Source of the DNA: a virus
Lineage: Duplodnaviria > Caudoviricetes
DNA length: 55,719 bases
IMG/VR virus record: IMGVR_UViG_3300006735_004667
Span: 1-55,719 of that record
Reading direction: 5' to 3' (one strand)
In this document: positions 18,101-27,499 of the stretch, piece by piece
Layout of the letters: each line of letters starts with the position of its first letter
How positions within the stretch are numbered: the stretch's first letter is position 1
The notes under the pieces: generated by a model
Databases searched by the model: none
What the model saw: the letters and a program-made list of their open reading frames with translations, nothing else
What the model was told of the DNA's origin: nothing
Position numbers and translations under genes: made by a program

Positions 18101-20776
18101 ATGAAAGAAACTACAACTATTACTGACTTTAAAGACCTACGAAAAATAATCGGAGAAGTCACAACAAAGAAACCTGCAAAAACAAGATATCAACAACAAG
18201 CAGAAAAAATGGGTTATACTAAAGACCCTAAAGTAGTTGTTAATGAAAGATTTACACCAGATAAAATTAGAGGTTTTGAAAGAGTAATTGATTTCTATGT
18301 TCAGTTTAGAGGTGGTAGAGGTGATAGAATTACTTCACCAGAAAACAAAAAAGACTTTGAAGCAGCAAAGAAAATGATTACCGCATACGGTAGAAAACAT
18401 AAGTTAAATATCAAAGACCACCCAAGACAACAAATTTACGGTACACCACAAGAAGGTTCAAGTGCATATAAGATTAGTTTGTATGCAAAATTTCACACTA
18501 GTGACCCAAATCATGATTTAAGACCATTACTTACTCAAATATCAAAACTTAAAACAGCAGAAGACCATGGTGGTGGTTATGATAAACCAATCAATGAAGA
18601 TGTATTTGTTCACACTAAAGACCCAAAAGTATTTACAGCATTACAGAAGATTGCAAAACAAACAGGTAATAAAGTTAAAAAACAATCTGGTGGTATCAAG
18701 GTCATGGGTAAAGATTTATCTAAATCAAAAGGATTTTTATATCAATTAGATAAAGTCGATATTCCTGGTTTTAATCCTAATTACGAATCGGTACAGATAG
18801 ATGAAGGAATAATATCAGAAAACTATAGAACTCTTGCAAGAAAAGGTATGGGTGCAGAAACAAGAAAATCAATTAAAGTTGGAACAGTAGTAGACTTCTA
18901 TGATAACAATGGTAATAAAAGAGAAGGTACAATTATTAAATTGGGACCAATTGGAGATGGTTATACTCTAAAAGACAACAAAGATAACAAAGTCTATAAG
19001 TTCAAATATCTTGACAGAATGAAAGCAAAGAAACTACTTGCAGCTAAAAATGAGTTTGATAAAGAACCATTGAAAGGATTCCCAGCTAATGAACAGAAAT
19101 TAGATGAAGCAATGTCAAAACGAGCAACAGTTCAACAATACGCAAGTAAAATTGGTATAGATGCAAAAGAAAAACAGTGGATATTAGACAACGAAAAAGA
19201 TATAATTGTATTTTTACCTAATCAAAATAAAGCAAACAGTTTTTCATTTTTAGGTTATCCGGTAAGAGATGGTGATTACTATTTTTCATTCTTGGTAAGT
19301 GATAAGGGAGGTGCTGACCTACAAAAAGCTAGAATGCAAGCTACTATGGCAAATACAAGAATGAATGTTTTACTTCAACAAGAAGTTAAGAGATATAGTA
19401 ATTTAAAAGGTGATTCACAACTTGCTGGTTATCTTTGGAATTACATGATGAAACATTTTGATAAATTACCAAGAAGTTTAGGTGCTGGTGATACTATGAC
19501 CAGAGAAGAATTAGCGTACGCTATTGAAGATGCAGTCGGTGCTGAAATACAGTTTGAATCATTTAATACTTCTGATTCAGAAATTACAGAAAACCTTAGT
19601 GGTATTTTTGGTAAGATTATGAATAAACTTAGAAATGCTAAGAAAAAAATGAAGAAAATGAGAATTGGTTTCAAAGCAAAAGGTATGAAAGAAGATAAGT
19701 TAGACCCTGTTGGTAAAGCTGATGATGATATTGACAACGATGGTGATACAGATGATTCTGACGCTTATCTTAAAAACAGAAGAAAGAAAATCTCTAAAGC
19801 TATTAAGATGAAAGAATCTCATGAACAAGCAAAGAGGTCACCATTCAAATTAAAATCACAAGCATTTCCAAAAGCTGTTGGTATAGAGACAGAAGGTTTT
19901 GGAACAAGACATGCTATAAGAGAAAACATTGTAGAAGCTTGTGATTGTTTTGGTATGATTACAGAACAAGAATTACAAGTAGAACAAATACAAAAAACGC
20001 TTGGCAAATTAGGATTTTTAACATATAATATATCTGAATTAAATGATGTATTTGATGAAAGAGAAACAGAAAGAATGCTTTTAGCTTTAGAGTCAGTTAT
20101 AACAGATGAAAAATTAGATGTAGTTAATTATACGAGAACTGATATTGATAAAGCTTTAGAAGAAGAATTAGAAGTAGATTTTGTAAAACCTGATGGAATG
20201 AAAGCCAGAGGTCCTGTTTTAAAAATGTGTGAGAATACTTATAACTTAAAAGATAAACATACAGGTAAATCATTTACATTTAAATATGAGGATTCAGATA
20301 TGAAAACATTTAATCAAGTTATTTCAGAAGCTAAATTTCCAAAGAAATTAGTTAGAATGGCTGGTGGTATTGCATTTGACAAAAGATATGTCGGTGGTAA
20401 TATGACAGGTGCAGTCAAAGCTATTGAAAAAATTAAGAAAGGGTTATCAGATGACCCGGAAGTAAAAAGAATGTTAAGATTAGCTAATGAATCGTTTAAC
20501 AATGAATTTTACAATGCTTTATCAGAGAAAGAACAAACAGCTTATCAAAAATTCTTTATGAAAACTCTTAAAAAGTTTAATGTAAGTTCACCTGCTGAAT
20601 TAAAAGGTGATAAAGAAAAAGAATTTTATAATTTTATCGATAAAAATTGGTCTGGTAAAAAAGAAACTGACGAAAACAAAAAAGTAAAAGTCGACCCTTC
20701 TAGCACGAAGATTGATGGTAGAAGAACTAATTTTCGTGAAAAAATGAGAAAGTTAGGATATATAAAGGCTAAATAA
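18101..20776 (+). CDS. Large modular putative internal head polyprotein
   Basis: Short modules separated by VNE/INE/IDE/ISE/LDE/ITE; internal MKTFNQVISE; DIDNDGD module. Confidence 0.65.
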   Translation: MKETTTITDFKDLRKIIGEVTTKKPAKTRYQQQAEKMGYTKDPKVVVNERFTPDKIRGFERVIDFYVQFRGGRGDRITSPENKKDFEAAKKMITAYGRKHKLNIKDHPRQQIYGTPQEGSSAYKISLYAKFHTSDPNHDLRPLLTQISKLKTAEDHGGGYDKPINEDVFVHTKDPKVFTALQKIAKQTGNKVKKQSGGIKVMGKDLSKSKGFLYQLDKVDIPGFNPNYESVQIDEGIISENYRTLARKGMGAETRKSIKVGTVVDFYDNNGNKREGTIIKLGPIGDGYTLKDNKDNKVYKFKYLDRMKAKKLLAAKNEFDKEPLKGFPANEQKLDEAMSKRATVQQYASKIGIDAKEKQWILDNEKDIIVFLPNQNKANSFSFLGYPVRDGDYYFSFLVSDKGGADLQKARMQATMANTRMNVLLQQEVKRYSNLKGDSQLAGYLWNYMMKHFDKLPRSLGAGDTMTREELAYAIEDAVGAEIQFESFNTSDSEITENLSGIFGKIMNKLRNAKKKMKKMRIGFKAKGMKEDKLDPVGKADDDIDNDGDTDDSDAYLKNRRKKISKAIKMKESHEQAKRSPFKLKSQAFPKAVGIETEGFGTRHAIRENIVEACDCFGMITEQELQVEQIQKTLGKLGFLTYNISELNDVFDERETERMLLALESVITDEKLDVVNYTRTDIDKALEEELEVDFVKPDGMKARGPVLKMCENTYNLKDKHTGKSFTFKYEDSDMKTFNQVISEAKFPKKLVRMAGGIAFDKRYVGGNMTGAVKAIEKIKKGLSDDPEVKRMLRLANESFNNEFYNALSEKEQTAYQKFFMKTLKKFNVSSPAELKGDKEKEFYNFIDKNWSGKKETDENKKVKVDPSSTKIDGRRTNFREKMRKLGYIKAK

Positions 20777-20777
20777 T

Positions 20778-21851
20778 ATGAGTTGGACAACACCAGGACA
20801 AGGATATTTTAAATCAAACTTGAACTTGAATGAAAGCATTCAATCAATTATGAAAATATATCCTAGAGAGAACATTAACACTATTTCAGCATTAAGAGAT
20901 ATTGCTGGTGGTCGTGGTAGAGATGAAGGAAGAACAGCTGATGCAATAGCAAATAAATTTATTAGTTATATGATGCATGTTTCTCAGACAGATAAACAAT
21001 TATATGCAAAATATAAAAAAATGAATTTTAAAGATTTATTTAAGAAGAATCTGAATACATTTAAGAAGACAAAAGGTGGTGATGTATTCAAAATTAAATC
21101 TGGTTCACTTAAAGAAGAAACACTTCAAGAAGATGCCGCTGCTGCAGCAGATTTAAAAGCTAAACAAGCTGTTGAAGCAGAAAGATTAAAAGACAAACAA
21201 GAAAGTGAGAATGATGCTCTTAAAATGAAACATGAGAGAGAAAATGAACAACAAAAGAAAAAAGATGAATCAGAGAAAGAAGCTGAAAAAAATCAAGCAG
21301 CAAGAGAATCAGTAAATGAAGTTTCTTTTGATTCATTAAGTCCAGCAGATAAAACTCAAATGTACAAACTCCTTAGTAAAGGTATGGACTTACCTCATGG
21401 TTCACCAGCATTCAAAAAGAACAAAGCAGAACTAGATAAACTTCGTAAGAAACTCAAACTTGAAGGCCAGTTTTGGGGTCAAGATGGTATGTCAAATGCA
21501 ATTATAAATAAGCTTAAAAAGACTCATGTTAAACTAGTAAGAACCAAAGGCGGTAATTATGAGAGTGCTACTATACCTATGAAAGATAAAAATAAAATTG
21601 CACAACTAAAAAGAGATGGTTATAAAGAAGTTAAAAAAGAAGCAGTAAATGAAGGAGAAAAAATGATTGGAGAATTAAATGAAGCTAAAATGCCTTTTAA
21701 AAGTCCTACAGGTTGGAGTTTTAAAGAGGAAGGTAAAGATACAATAGTATTAACTCAATCAAAATCCTCACATTACCCAAGACCTTTTACGAGAATGACA
21801 AAAGAAGATTTTAAACTATTACAGAAAGTAATAAGACAAGTAAAGGTATAG
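20778..21851 (+). CDS. Modular putative internal protein with MSWTTPGQGY leader (copy 1)
   Basis: Shared leader; LNE/LKE/LQE/VNE sites. Confidence 0.65.
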   Translation: MSWTTPGQGYFKSNLNLNESIQSIMKIYPRENINTISALRDIAGGRGRDEGRTADAIANKFISYMMHVSQTDKQLYAKYKKMNFKDLFKKNLNTFKKTKGGDVFKIKSGSLKEETLQEDAAAAADLKAKQAVEAERLKDKQESENDALKMKHERENEQQKKKDESEKEAEKNQAARESVNEVSFDSLSPADKTQMYKLLSKGMDLPHGSPAFKKNKAELDKLRKKLKLEGQFWGQDGMSNAIINKLKKTHVKLVRTKGGNYESATIPMKDKNKIAQLKRDGYKEVKKEAVNEGEKMIGELNEAKMPFKSPTGWSFKEEGKDTIVLTQSKSSHYPRPFTRMTKEDFKLLQKVIRQVKV

Positions 21852-21893
21852 GAGCAAAATAAAATGAGTTGGACAACACCAGGACAAGGATAT
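20778..21893 (+). repeat. Exact 30-bp direct repeat at two gene starts
   Basis: ATGAGTTGGACAACACCAGGACAAGGATAT at 20778-20807 and 21864-21893. Confidence 0.95.
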
Positions 21894-23012
21894 AATTTTA
21901 ATGAACCATTATCAGAAGGTGCAAAAGAAGTTGCAAAAGAATATCCTAGAGATAGAGAATGGCAGAAGTTAGTTAAAAAACATTCAAGGTCAATAGAAAA
22001 GTTTCAAAAAACAGGTAATTTTGACAGAAAAGCAGAAGAAGAATTAGTTTCTTGGGCAATGGATAATGGTGAAATTAGAACTGATGATGTAGATGAAACA
22101 GATGCGTGGATAGATGATATAATACTTAATAATTCATACATACCTGAAGGTGAACCTATTTCAGAACAGATATTAAATCTTATGGAAAAACCATATGACG
22201 ATAAAGATGTAAAGAATGTTCAAAAACTTGAAAAACAATTTGAGAAATTACTCAAAGAAGTAGAGAAGACTATGAGAGGTTCAGGTTTATCTGCAAATGC
22301 GTTCTCAATGGTTCGTTCAGGTATTGTAAAGGGTCTTGAAGCTATAAAGAAATTCTATAGAATTGCAGCTAAAATTCCAATGAATGCATCTAAAATCCCA
22401 ATGAAAGAAAGTGTAATATCTGAAACTAAAAGACAAGAAGTTGATGCAATGAGAAAAGTTTCTAAAGACATGCAAAAGGTCTTAAAAGATTATCAGAAAA
22501 TTTCAACAATGGGTGATAGGACACTTAAAGATACAAAATACAACCCATCTTATAAGAAAGTTCTTGATGCAAGAGACGCTATAATTACAATGATTGGAAC
22601 TCTTAACAATCAACTGTTAATGAATGAAGAACTAATAAATGAAACATCACAGCTTGAAAAAGACCTTAAAAAGTTGAAAAGAGGTGATGAAATAGCACAG
22701 ATGGATATTGTGTTTTCAGATGAAAACGAAGCTAAAAGAATGTTTCCCATAGCTAAAAGTTTAACAAGAAGAGCCGGTGGAGGAAATACAGCTCGGTATT
22801 ATGTGGACTCAAAATATGGTCCAATAATATCTATAGGGCATCAGAATGATGTAGAAGTAGCTGGTGAATTTATAGAGATGAATAAAGTAGCTATGGAAAT
22901 TGCTAAAAAGACAAAAGATAAAAAAGCAAGAGCACAAGATGTTCAGTTAGATTGGGATGCTGATTATGCATCACCTTTTAGACCTGGGACTTGGGCGTAT
23001 CCGGCAAAATGA
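21864..23012 (+). CDS. Modular putative internal protein with MSWTTPGQGY leader (copy 2)
   Basis: Shared leader; LSE/ISE/LME/INE sites; SD GGAG. Confidence 0.65.
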   Translation: MSWTTPGQGYNFNEPLSEGAKEVAKEYPRDREWQKLVKKHSRSIEKFQKTGNFDRKAEEELVSWAMDNGEIRTDDVDETDAWIDDIILNNSYIPEGEPISEQILNLMEKPYDDKDVKNVQKLEKQFEKLLKEVEKTMRGSGLSANAFSMVRSGIVKGLEAIKKFYRIAAKIPMNASKIPMKESVISETKRQEVDAMRKVSKDMQKVLKDYQKISTMGDRTLKDTKYNPSYKKVLDARDAIITMIGTLNNQLLMNEELINETSQLEKDLKKLKRGDEIAQMDIVFSDENEAKRMFPIAKSLTRRAGGGNTARYYVDSKYGPIISIGHQNDVEVAGEFIEMNKVAMEIAKKTKDKKARAQDVQLDWDADYASPFRPGTWAYPAK

Positions 23013-23467
23013 TGATTACTGAAGGTAGGAGAGCACCAGATATGGGGATGCCTACACAAGCAGGTAATAATCTCTTATATGGTTTAGTTCAAAAAGCTAA
23101 ATCTGAAAGAGAATTACTTAGCATGATTGACAAACTAGCTCAAAAATTGGGTGGTAAGTATAAAGATGCTAAAGACGAACTGATTACCAGAGCTGCTATT
23201 GATTTCTTTAATAACAAAGGGAACAAAGGAGAACAAGGTAAAGCTGACCGAAATGTATTCGTTCAGGTTAAAGGAGCTGCAGACTTAAGTGGAGGCAGTG
23301 AAATAAAACTAGATGATAAAAGTAAAGTTAAAATATCAAAAAAAGAAGCTGAAAATATCATCAAAAATTTAGAGAAGGTGAAATCTCAACAAAGACTTCA
23401 AGTACAGAAGGCAATGCAAAAGGATAAAAGGTCTTTTCTAAAATTTTTAAAGATTCTAAATGTATAA
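23009..23467 (+). CDS. Hypothetical basic protein
   Basis: ATG overlapping upstream stop; MMITE start. Confidence 0.6.
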   Translation: MMITEGRRAPDMGMPTQAGNNLLYGLVQKAKSERELLSMIDKLAQKLGGKYKDAKDELITRAAIDFFNNKGNKGEQGKADRNVFVQVKGAADLSGGSEIKLDDKSKVKISKKEAENIIKNLEKVKSQQRLQVQKAMQKDKRSFLKFLKILNV

Positions 23468-23470
23468 ATA
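23463..23470 (+). promoter_or_regulatory. T4 late promoter TATAAATA
   Basis: Consensus. Confidence 0.7.
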
Positions 23471-23509
23471 CATATAGAATTAAAATTTTTTAAATTAGGA
23501 GAAATAAAA

Positions 23510-24103
23510 ATGCCACTATGGGGAGCAACAGACGCAGACGAGTCAAAACCTAAACACTTGACAACTGCACAAAAGAAAGAAGTATATGCGAACGCTAGCG
23601 GTTGGGTAGTAGAAGCAGGCTCTACACAATCTGGAAATGGTAATACAAGTGCTACTCCAGAAGTTTTAGTGGCCATCGGTTCTCTAGCAACTTCATTAGG
23701 TTCAGCAGATATTACTGAAATAGATTGGATTACAACAGCAGCAGACAAATCAGACGGATTTAGTCTTTCTGTTAGAGTATTCTTTAACGAACCGGTTGAT
23801 GTAGATACAGGAAGTGGAACACCTTATGTAGCAGTAACCAACGGAAACGAAGGTACAGGTACAGGTCGTGGACCTCACAACTTACCATACGCTTCTGGAA
23901 CAGGTACAAATGAGTTAGTGTTCACATTAGCAATAGCAGCAGCCAATGCAGCTACAAATGCTGATGATGTATTAACAATCGGTACTAATGCTATGAACTT
24001 GAACTCTGGTACAATTAAAGATGCTGGTACTTCAACAAACGCAACTATTACAAATAGTTCAGCGATTGGAACAGCAGCAGGTTCAATTACAGTAACAGCT
24101 TAA
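23510..24103 (+). CDS. Putative virion structural or decoration protein (Ig-like)
   Basis: MPLWG...KPK.L start, V.FNEPV.V, Y.SGTGTN.L.F; late promoter and SD. Confidence 0.6.
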   Translation: MPLWGATDADESKPKHLTTAQKKEVYANASGWVVEAGSTQSGNGNTSATPEVLVAIGSLATSLGSADITEIDWITTAADKSDGFSLSVRVFFNEPVDVDTGSGTPYVAVTNGNEGTGTGRGPHNLPYASGTGTNELVFTLAIAAANAATNADDVLTIGTNAMNLNSGTIKDAGTSTNATITNSSAIGTAAGSITVTA

Positions 24104-24116
24104 TTAGGATAATATT

Positions 24117-24512
24117 ATGAAATCTTTTAAAAGTTATATAAAAGAATATCATCATTCAGGTGGGATAACTTCAGATGTCCCACCCGATTTCCATAGACTT
24201 GACCAAGAAGATGTAAAAGTTAGAGTCAATACATGGTTAGAAGGGTGTTCTAGTATGGAATATATGAGTGTTGAAGCAGCACTAACACAATTAGCAGGTA
24301 AAATTCAACAACTAGGTCTTACATTTACTATGTCAGAACAAGAGTTCGGTAGTTCAGGTAATATATCATTAAATGTTCATCAATTTGGTGAAAAATTTGA
24401 CCCAGCAGAAACTCACATTTTAGAACCTGTAATACCAGAAGACTTGTCTATGAGTGTATCATATGAAACAAGTGGAAATGGTGGATATAAAATATCAGCT
24501 AAATTGAACTAG
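24117..24512 (+). CDS. Hypothetical protein with CTS-like N-terminus
   Basis: MKSFKSYIKE. Confidence 0.65.
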   Translation: MKSFKSYIKEYHHSGGITSDVPPDFHRLDQEDVKVRVNTWLEGCSSMEYMSVEAALTQLAGKIQQLGLTFTMSEQEFGSSGNISLNVHQFGEKFDPAETHILEPVIPEDLSMSVSYETSGNGGYKISAKLN

Positions 24513-24536
24513 TTTTTGTAAGTACTATATACTTAC

Positions 24537-24908
24537 ATGATGGATATATTTGAAGAACTCAACGAGGAGAATTTTACTCTTTTTGCAATCAGACATTATG
24601 ATAATCCGCAATGTACTTCTACAGAAGAATTTTATGAAGACATTCGAAGATTTAGATATTTGAAAAGATTACTAAAACGATATCATAAAACAGGTGAGTT
24701 AAGAGAAAGATTAATACTCAATCACATAATTGTATTATGTAATTTATTTGGTGTAGACAATACACTTAGAATGCTTGAGTTCAAACTTGAGAAAGAATTT
24801 TGGCCTACATTAAAGACTTGTCTTTTGTACTTGGGATATATTGATGAAAAATGGAAGATAGAACTTCCACTAGATGAAAAAGTCACAAAACGAATGAGAG
24901 AAATATAA
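24537..24908 (+). CDS. Conserved T4-like hypothetical protein
   Basis: FA..HYDNPQC...EF.ED..RF.YLKRL, ERLILNH. Confidence 0.75.
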   Translation: MMDIFEELNEENFTLFAIRHYDNPQCTSTEEFYEDIRRFRYLKRLLKRYHKTGELRERLILNHIIVLCNLFGVDNTLRMLEFKLEKEFWPTLKTCLLYLGYIDEKWKIELPLDEKVTKRMREI

Positions 24909-25478
24909 ATGGCAAGTAGAGCTATAGATACAGTTATCACATTTAGAGTTCTTAAACTCTTAACAACTAAATGGGAAGACCACGAAGCTTATCAATTTGG
25001 TATCATTGATAAAAATGGTAAAAGAGATAAGACTGTCAAAATCAATACTTCTGAAAAGAAAAAAGCATATACTTTTTTACATCGGTTAGTATTCAATCTA
25101 AAAAGACTAATAGAAGTATTACCATTGGGTAAGACTAGACTTGCATCGTATGCTGCAGCACTATTTTTAATTAAAGAACATTGTAATTTATCTGGAACAC
25201 AACTAGATAAAGAAGTTTTTAAGTATCTAAAAGAAGGTGATTATATACCAGAAAATCTATTAGAAGAATTTTTACCAATTAAAAAATTAGAAACTGAAAA
25301 AACATTTCATCTAAAAAGAAGTATGATTATAGATGAAGAAGTAGAAGGCGAAAGAGGTGATACATTGATTCATTCAGGTGCAAAACCTGTAGGAAAAGTG
25401 TATGGTGTACCTTTATTTCGTATGTACAACATTGATAAAAACCAAATGATGATTTGTTCAGGTCATGATTTGAGATAG
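24909..25478 (+). CDS. Conserved T4-like hypothetical protein
   Basis: GIIDKNG, AYT.LHRLVFNLKR, SYAAALFLIKE. Confidence 0.75.
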   Translation: MASRAIDTVITFRVLKLLTTKWEDHEAYQFGIIDKNGKRDKTVKINTSEKKKAYTFLHRLVFNLKRLIEVLPLGKTRLASYAAALFLIKEHCNLSGTQLDKEVFKYLKEGDYIPENLLEEFLPIKKLETEKTFHLKRSMIIDEEVEGERGDTLIHSGAKPVGKVYGVPLFRMYNIDKNQMMICSGHDLR

Positions 25479-25494
25479 AAAAGGAGAATATATT

Positions 25495-25968
25495 ATGGAT
25501 ATCAATAATTTAACACTAAAACAAGCACCATTTCAAGATATAAACACCACAGAATACTTTGCTGGAAAGAAAGTTATTCTATTTGGTCTACCAGGTGCAT
25601 TCACACCAACTTGTTCAACAAAACAATTACCAGGTTTTGAAGAAATGTATGAAAAATTTCAAGAGAAAGGTATATTTGAAATAATATGTGTATCAGTCAA
25701 TGATGCTTTTGTTATGTCAAAATGGTTTGAAGACCAGAATATTAAAAATGTTCGTTGGTTAGCTGATGGGTCTGGTGTTCTTACAGAAAAACTTGGTATG
25801 TTATGTAAAAAAGACAATTTGGGATTTGGTACAAGAAGTTGGAGATACGCTGCTGTTATAAATAATGGTATAGTAGAACAAATGTTTGCCGAAGAAGGTA
25901 AATGTGATAATCATACGGAAGACCCTTATGATGTATCATCACCCGAAAATGTCTATGAGAAATTATAA
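25495..25968 (+). CDS. Peroxiredoxin (Prx5/redoxin type)
   Basis: LPGAFTPTCS, VSVNDAFVM..W, RSWRYA. Confidence 0.92.
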   Translation: MDINNLTLKQAPFQDINTTEYFAGKKVILFGLPGAFTPTCSTKQLPGFEEMYEKFQEKGIFEIICVSVNDAFVMSKWFEDQNIKNVRWLADGSGVLTEKLGMLCKKDNLGFGTRSWRYAAVINNGIVEQMFAEEGKCDNHTEDPYDVSSPENVYEKL

Positions 25969-26338
25969 GAAAGAATACAAGAATTATCATTCTAAACCAG
26001 AACAAAAGTTAAGAAGAGCTGCACGAAACGCAGCTCGAAGGTCAGTTAAAGCACCTTCAGATAAAGATGTTCACCATAAAGACGGTAATCCTATGAATAA
26101 TGATAAATCTAATCTTTCAGTAGTATCTAAAAATTACAATAGAAAAGAACCAAGACTTAGAGAAAAGAAACTTAAAGAGTGGGAAATCGCTGCAGAAGAA
26201 ATGGGAACTACAACAGGTGCTCATATTGCTGGTACCGGTGATGATTCTTCTACAGTCATAGTTCGTAAGAAAAAGAAAATTTTAAAAAGAATAAAAGATA
26301 TGATTGATTATAATAAAAAAGGTGGTCATGATGTCTAA
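25949..26338 (+). CDS. HNH-like protein with a C-terminal module
   Basis: RNYKKEY...RAARN.ARR, DVHHKDGNP.NN...NL. Confidence 0.7.
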   Translation: MSMRNYKKEYKNYHSKPEQKLRRAARNAARRSVKAPSDKDVHHKDGNPMNNDKSNLSVVSKNYNRKEPRLREKKLKEWEIAAEEMGTTTGAHIAGTGDDSSTVIVRKKKKILKRIKDMIDYNKKGGHDV

Positions 26339-26621
26339 TTTCTTTAAAAAAGTTAAAGACTTTTTTGTGTGGTTGTATTTAAAATTTATGAGTCTGTTTG
26401 AAGACCATAAATATCTTCATGTCACACACACAAAATATGATACAGAAGGTCAGGTAGTTGATACTTTAGTGAAAAGTTTTACAGTAAGAAAATTTTACAA
26501 ATGTGCACCAAAACACATGAAATTTAAAACTTATCAAGGTACACTAGTAGAATTAAAAACAGCAACACCAATGGACTACATGACAGAAACAATAGAAGGT
26601 GAAGTAAAGTATTATGATTGA
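26328..26621 (+). CDS. Hypothetical protein
   Basis: ORF, SD AAGGTGG. Confidence 0.6.
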   Translation: MMSNFFKKVKDFFVWLYLKFMSLFEDHKYLHVTHTKYDTEGQVVDTLVKSFTVRKFYKCAPKHMKFKTYQGTLVELKTATPMDYMTETIEGEVKYYD

Positions 26622-26883
26622 GTGTCCAGAAGAATTAATTTGTTTTACTGAAGATGAATGGGTAGACTTTATTATGGAATATGAATTAGATATCATAGAT
26701 GAAACAAATTTGACTGCTGTTGAATCAACAAGTGATGCACAAGCAGTAGCAGACTTCACATGGCAAATACTATTTTTAAGTCCTTGGGAACTAGCATACA
26801 TAGCATTACCAATGACTGTATTAGCATGCTATGGACTAACAATATACGGATTATTTAAATATATACAAAGGAGATTTTCATAA
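26614..26883 (+). CDS. Hypothetical membrane protein
   Basis: Acidic N-terminus, C-terminal hydrophobic helix. Confidence 0.6.
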   Translation: MIECPEELICFTEDEWVDFIMEYELDIIDETNLTAVESTSDAQAVADFTWQILFLSPWELAYIALPMTVLACYGLTIYGLFKYIQRRFS

Positions 26884-27107
26884 TGTCATGGATGGTAGAA
26901 AAAATAATAGCAGAAAATTTAAACATAAAACAAGAATCAATCAAAGATGAATCAAACTTTGTAAATGACTTGGGTGCAGACTCACTAAATATAGTAGAAG
27001 TTGTAATGGGTATTGAAAATGAATATGAAATTGAAATACCTGATGAAGATGTTGAATCACTTCATACTGTAGGTGATTTGAAACAATATATTGAGGATAA
27101 TTCATGA
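26883..27107 (+). CDS. acpP: Acyl carrier protein
   Basis: DLGADSL phosphopantetheine Ser motif, EIPDED, TVGD. Confidence 0.9.
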   Translation: MSWMVEKIIAENLNIKQESIKDESNFVNDLGADSLNIVEVVMGIENEYEIEIPDEDVESLHTVGDLKQYIEDNS

Positions 27108-27499
27108 ATCAATTTTTTATAGCAATAATTTTAATTTTAGGATTAGGTTGTTGGTGGTTATATTCAGAAAATCAAACATTGACTATGAATAACATGCAAC
27201 TAGAAGTTGCTATTCAACAACAAGAAGAAACTTTGGCAGCGATTAAAGAATCATACGAAAAACAAGGTGAATCTTTAAATGCTTTAATGAACAAAAATGC
27301 TCAAATAGAAGCTGAAGCAGCAAGATATATGGATATATTTAAAAGACATGACTTGAATAAAATAGCAATAGCAAAACCAGGTCAATTAGAAGAAAAAGTG
27401 AATAGAGGAACTAAAGATGTTTTTGACACAATCGAAAAAGATAGCAGAGAACTTGACTCGCTGGACGATATTACCAGCGATATTAACCCTAATAATTAG
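27104..27499 (+). CDS. Inner-membrane spanin-like protein (Rz-like)
   Basis: N-terminal TM then coiled coil, KPG motif; overlaps a lipoprotein gene. Confidence 0.65.
   Translation: MNQFFIAIILILGLGCWWLYSENQTLTMNNMQLEVAIQQQEETLAAIKESYEKQGESLNALMNKNAQIEAEAARYMDIFKRHDLNKIAIAKPGQLEEKVNRGTKDVFDTIEKDSRELDSLDDITSDINPNN

Noticed and set aside
20778-21893. 30-bp repeats as CRISPR repeats or att sites
   Set aside because: Only two copies, 1086 bp apart, both coding; no integrase nearby.
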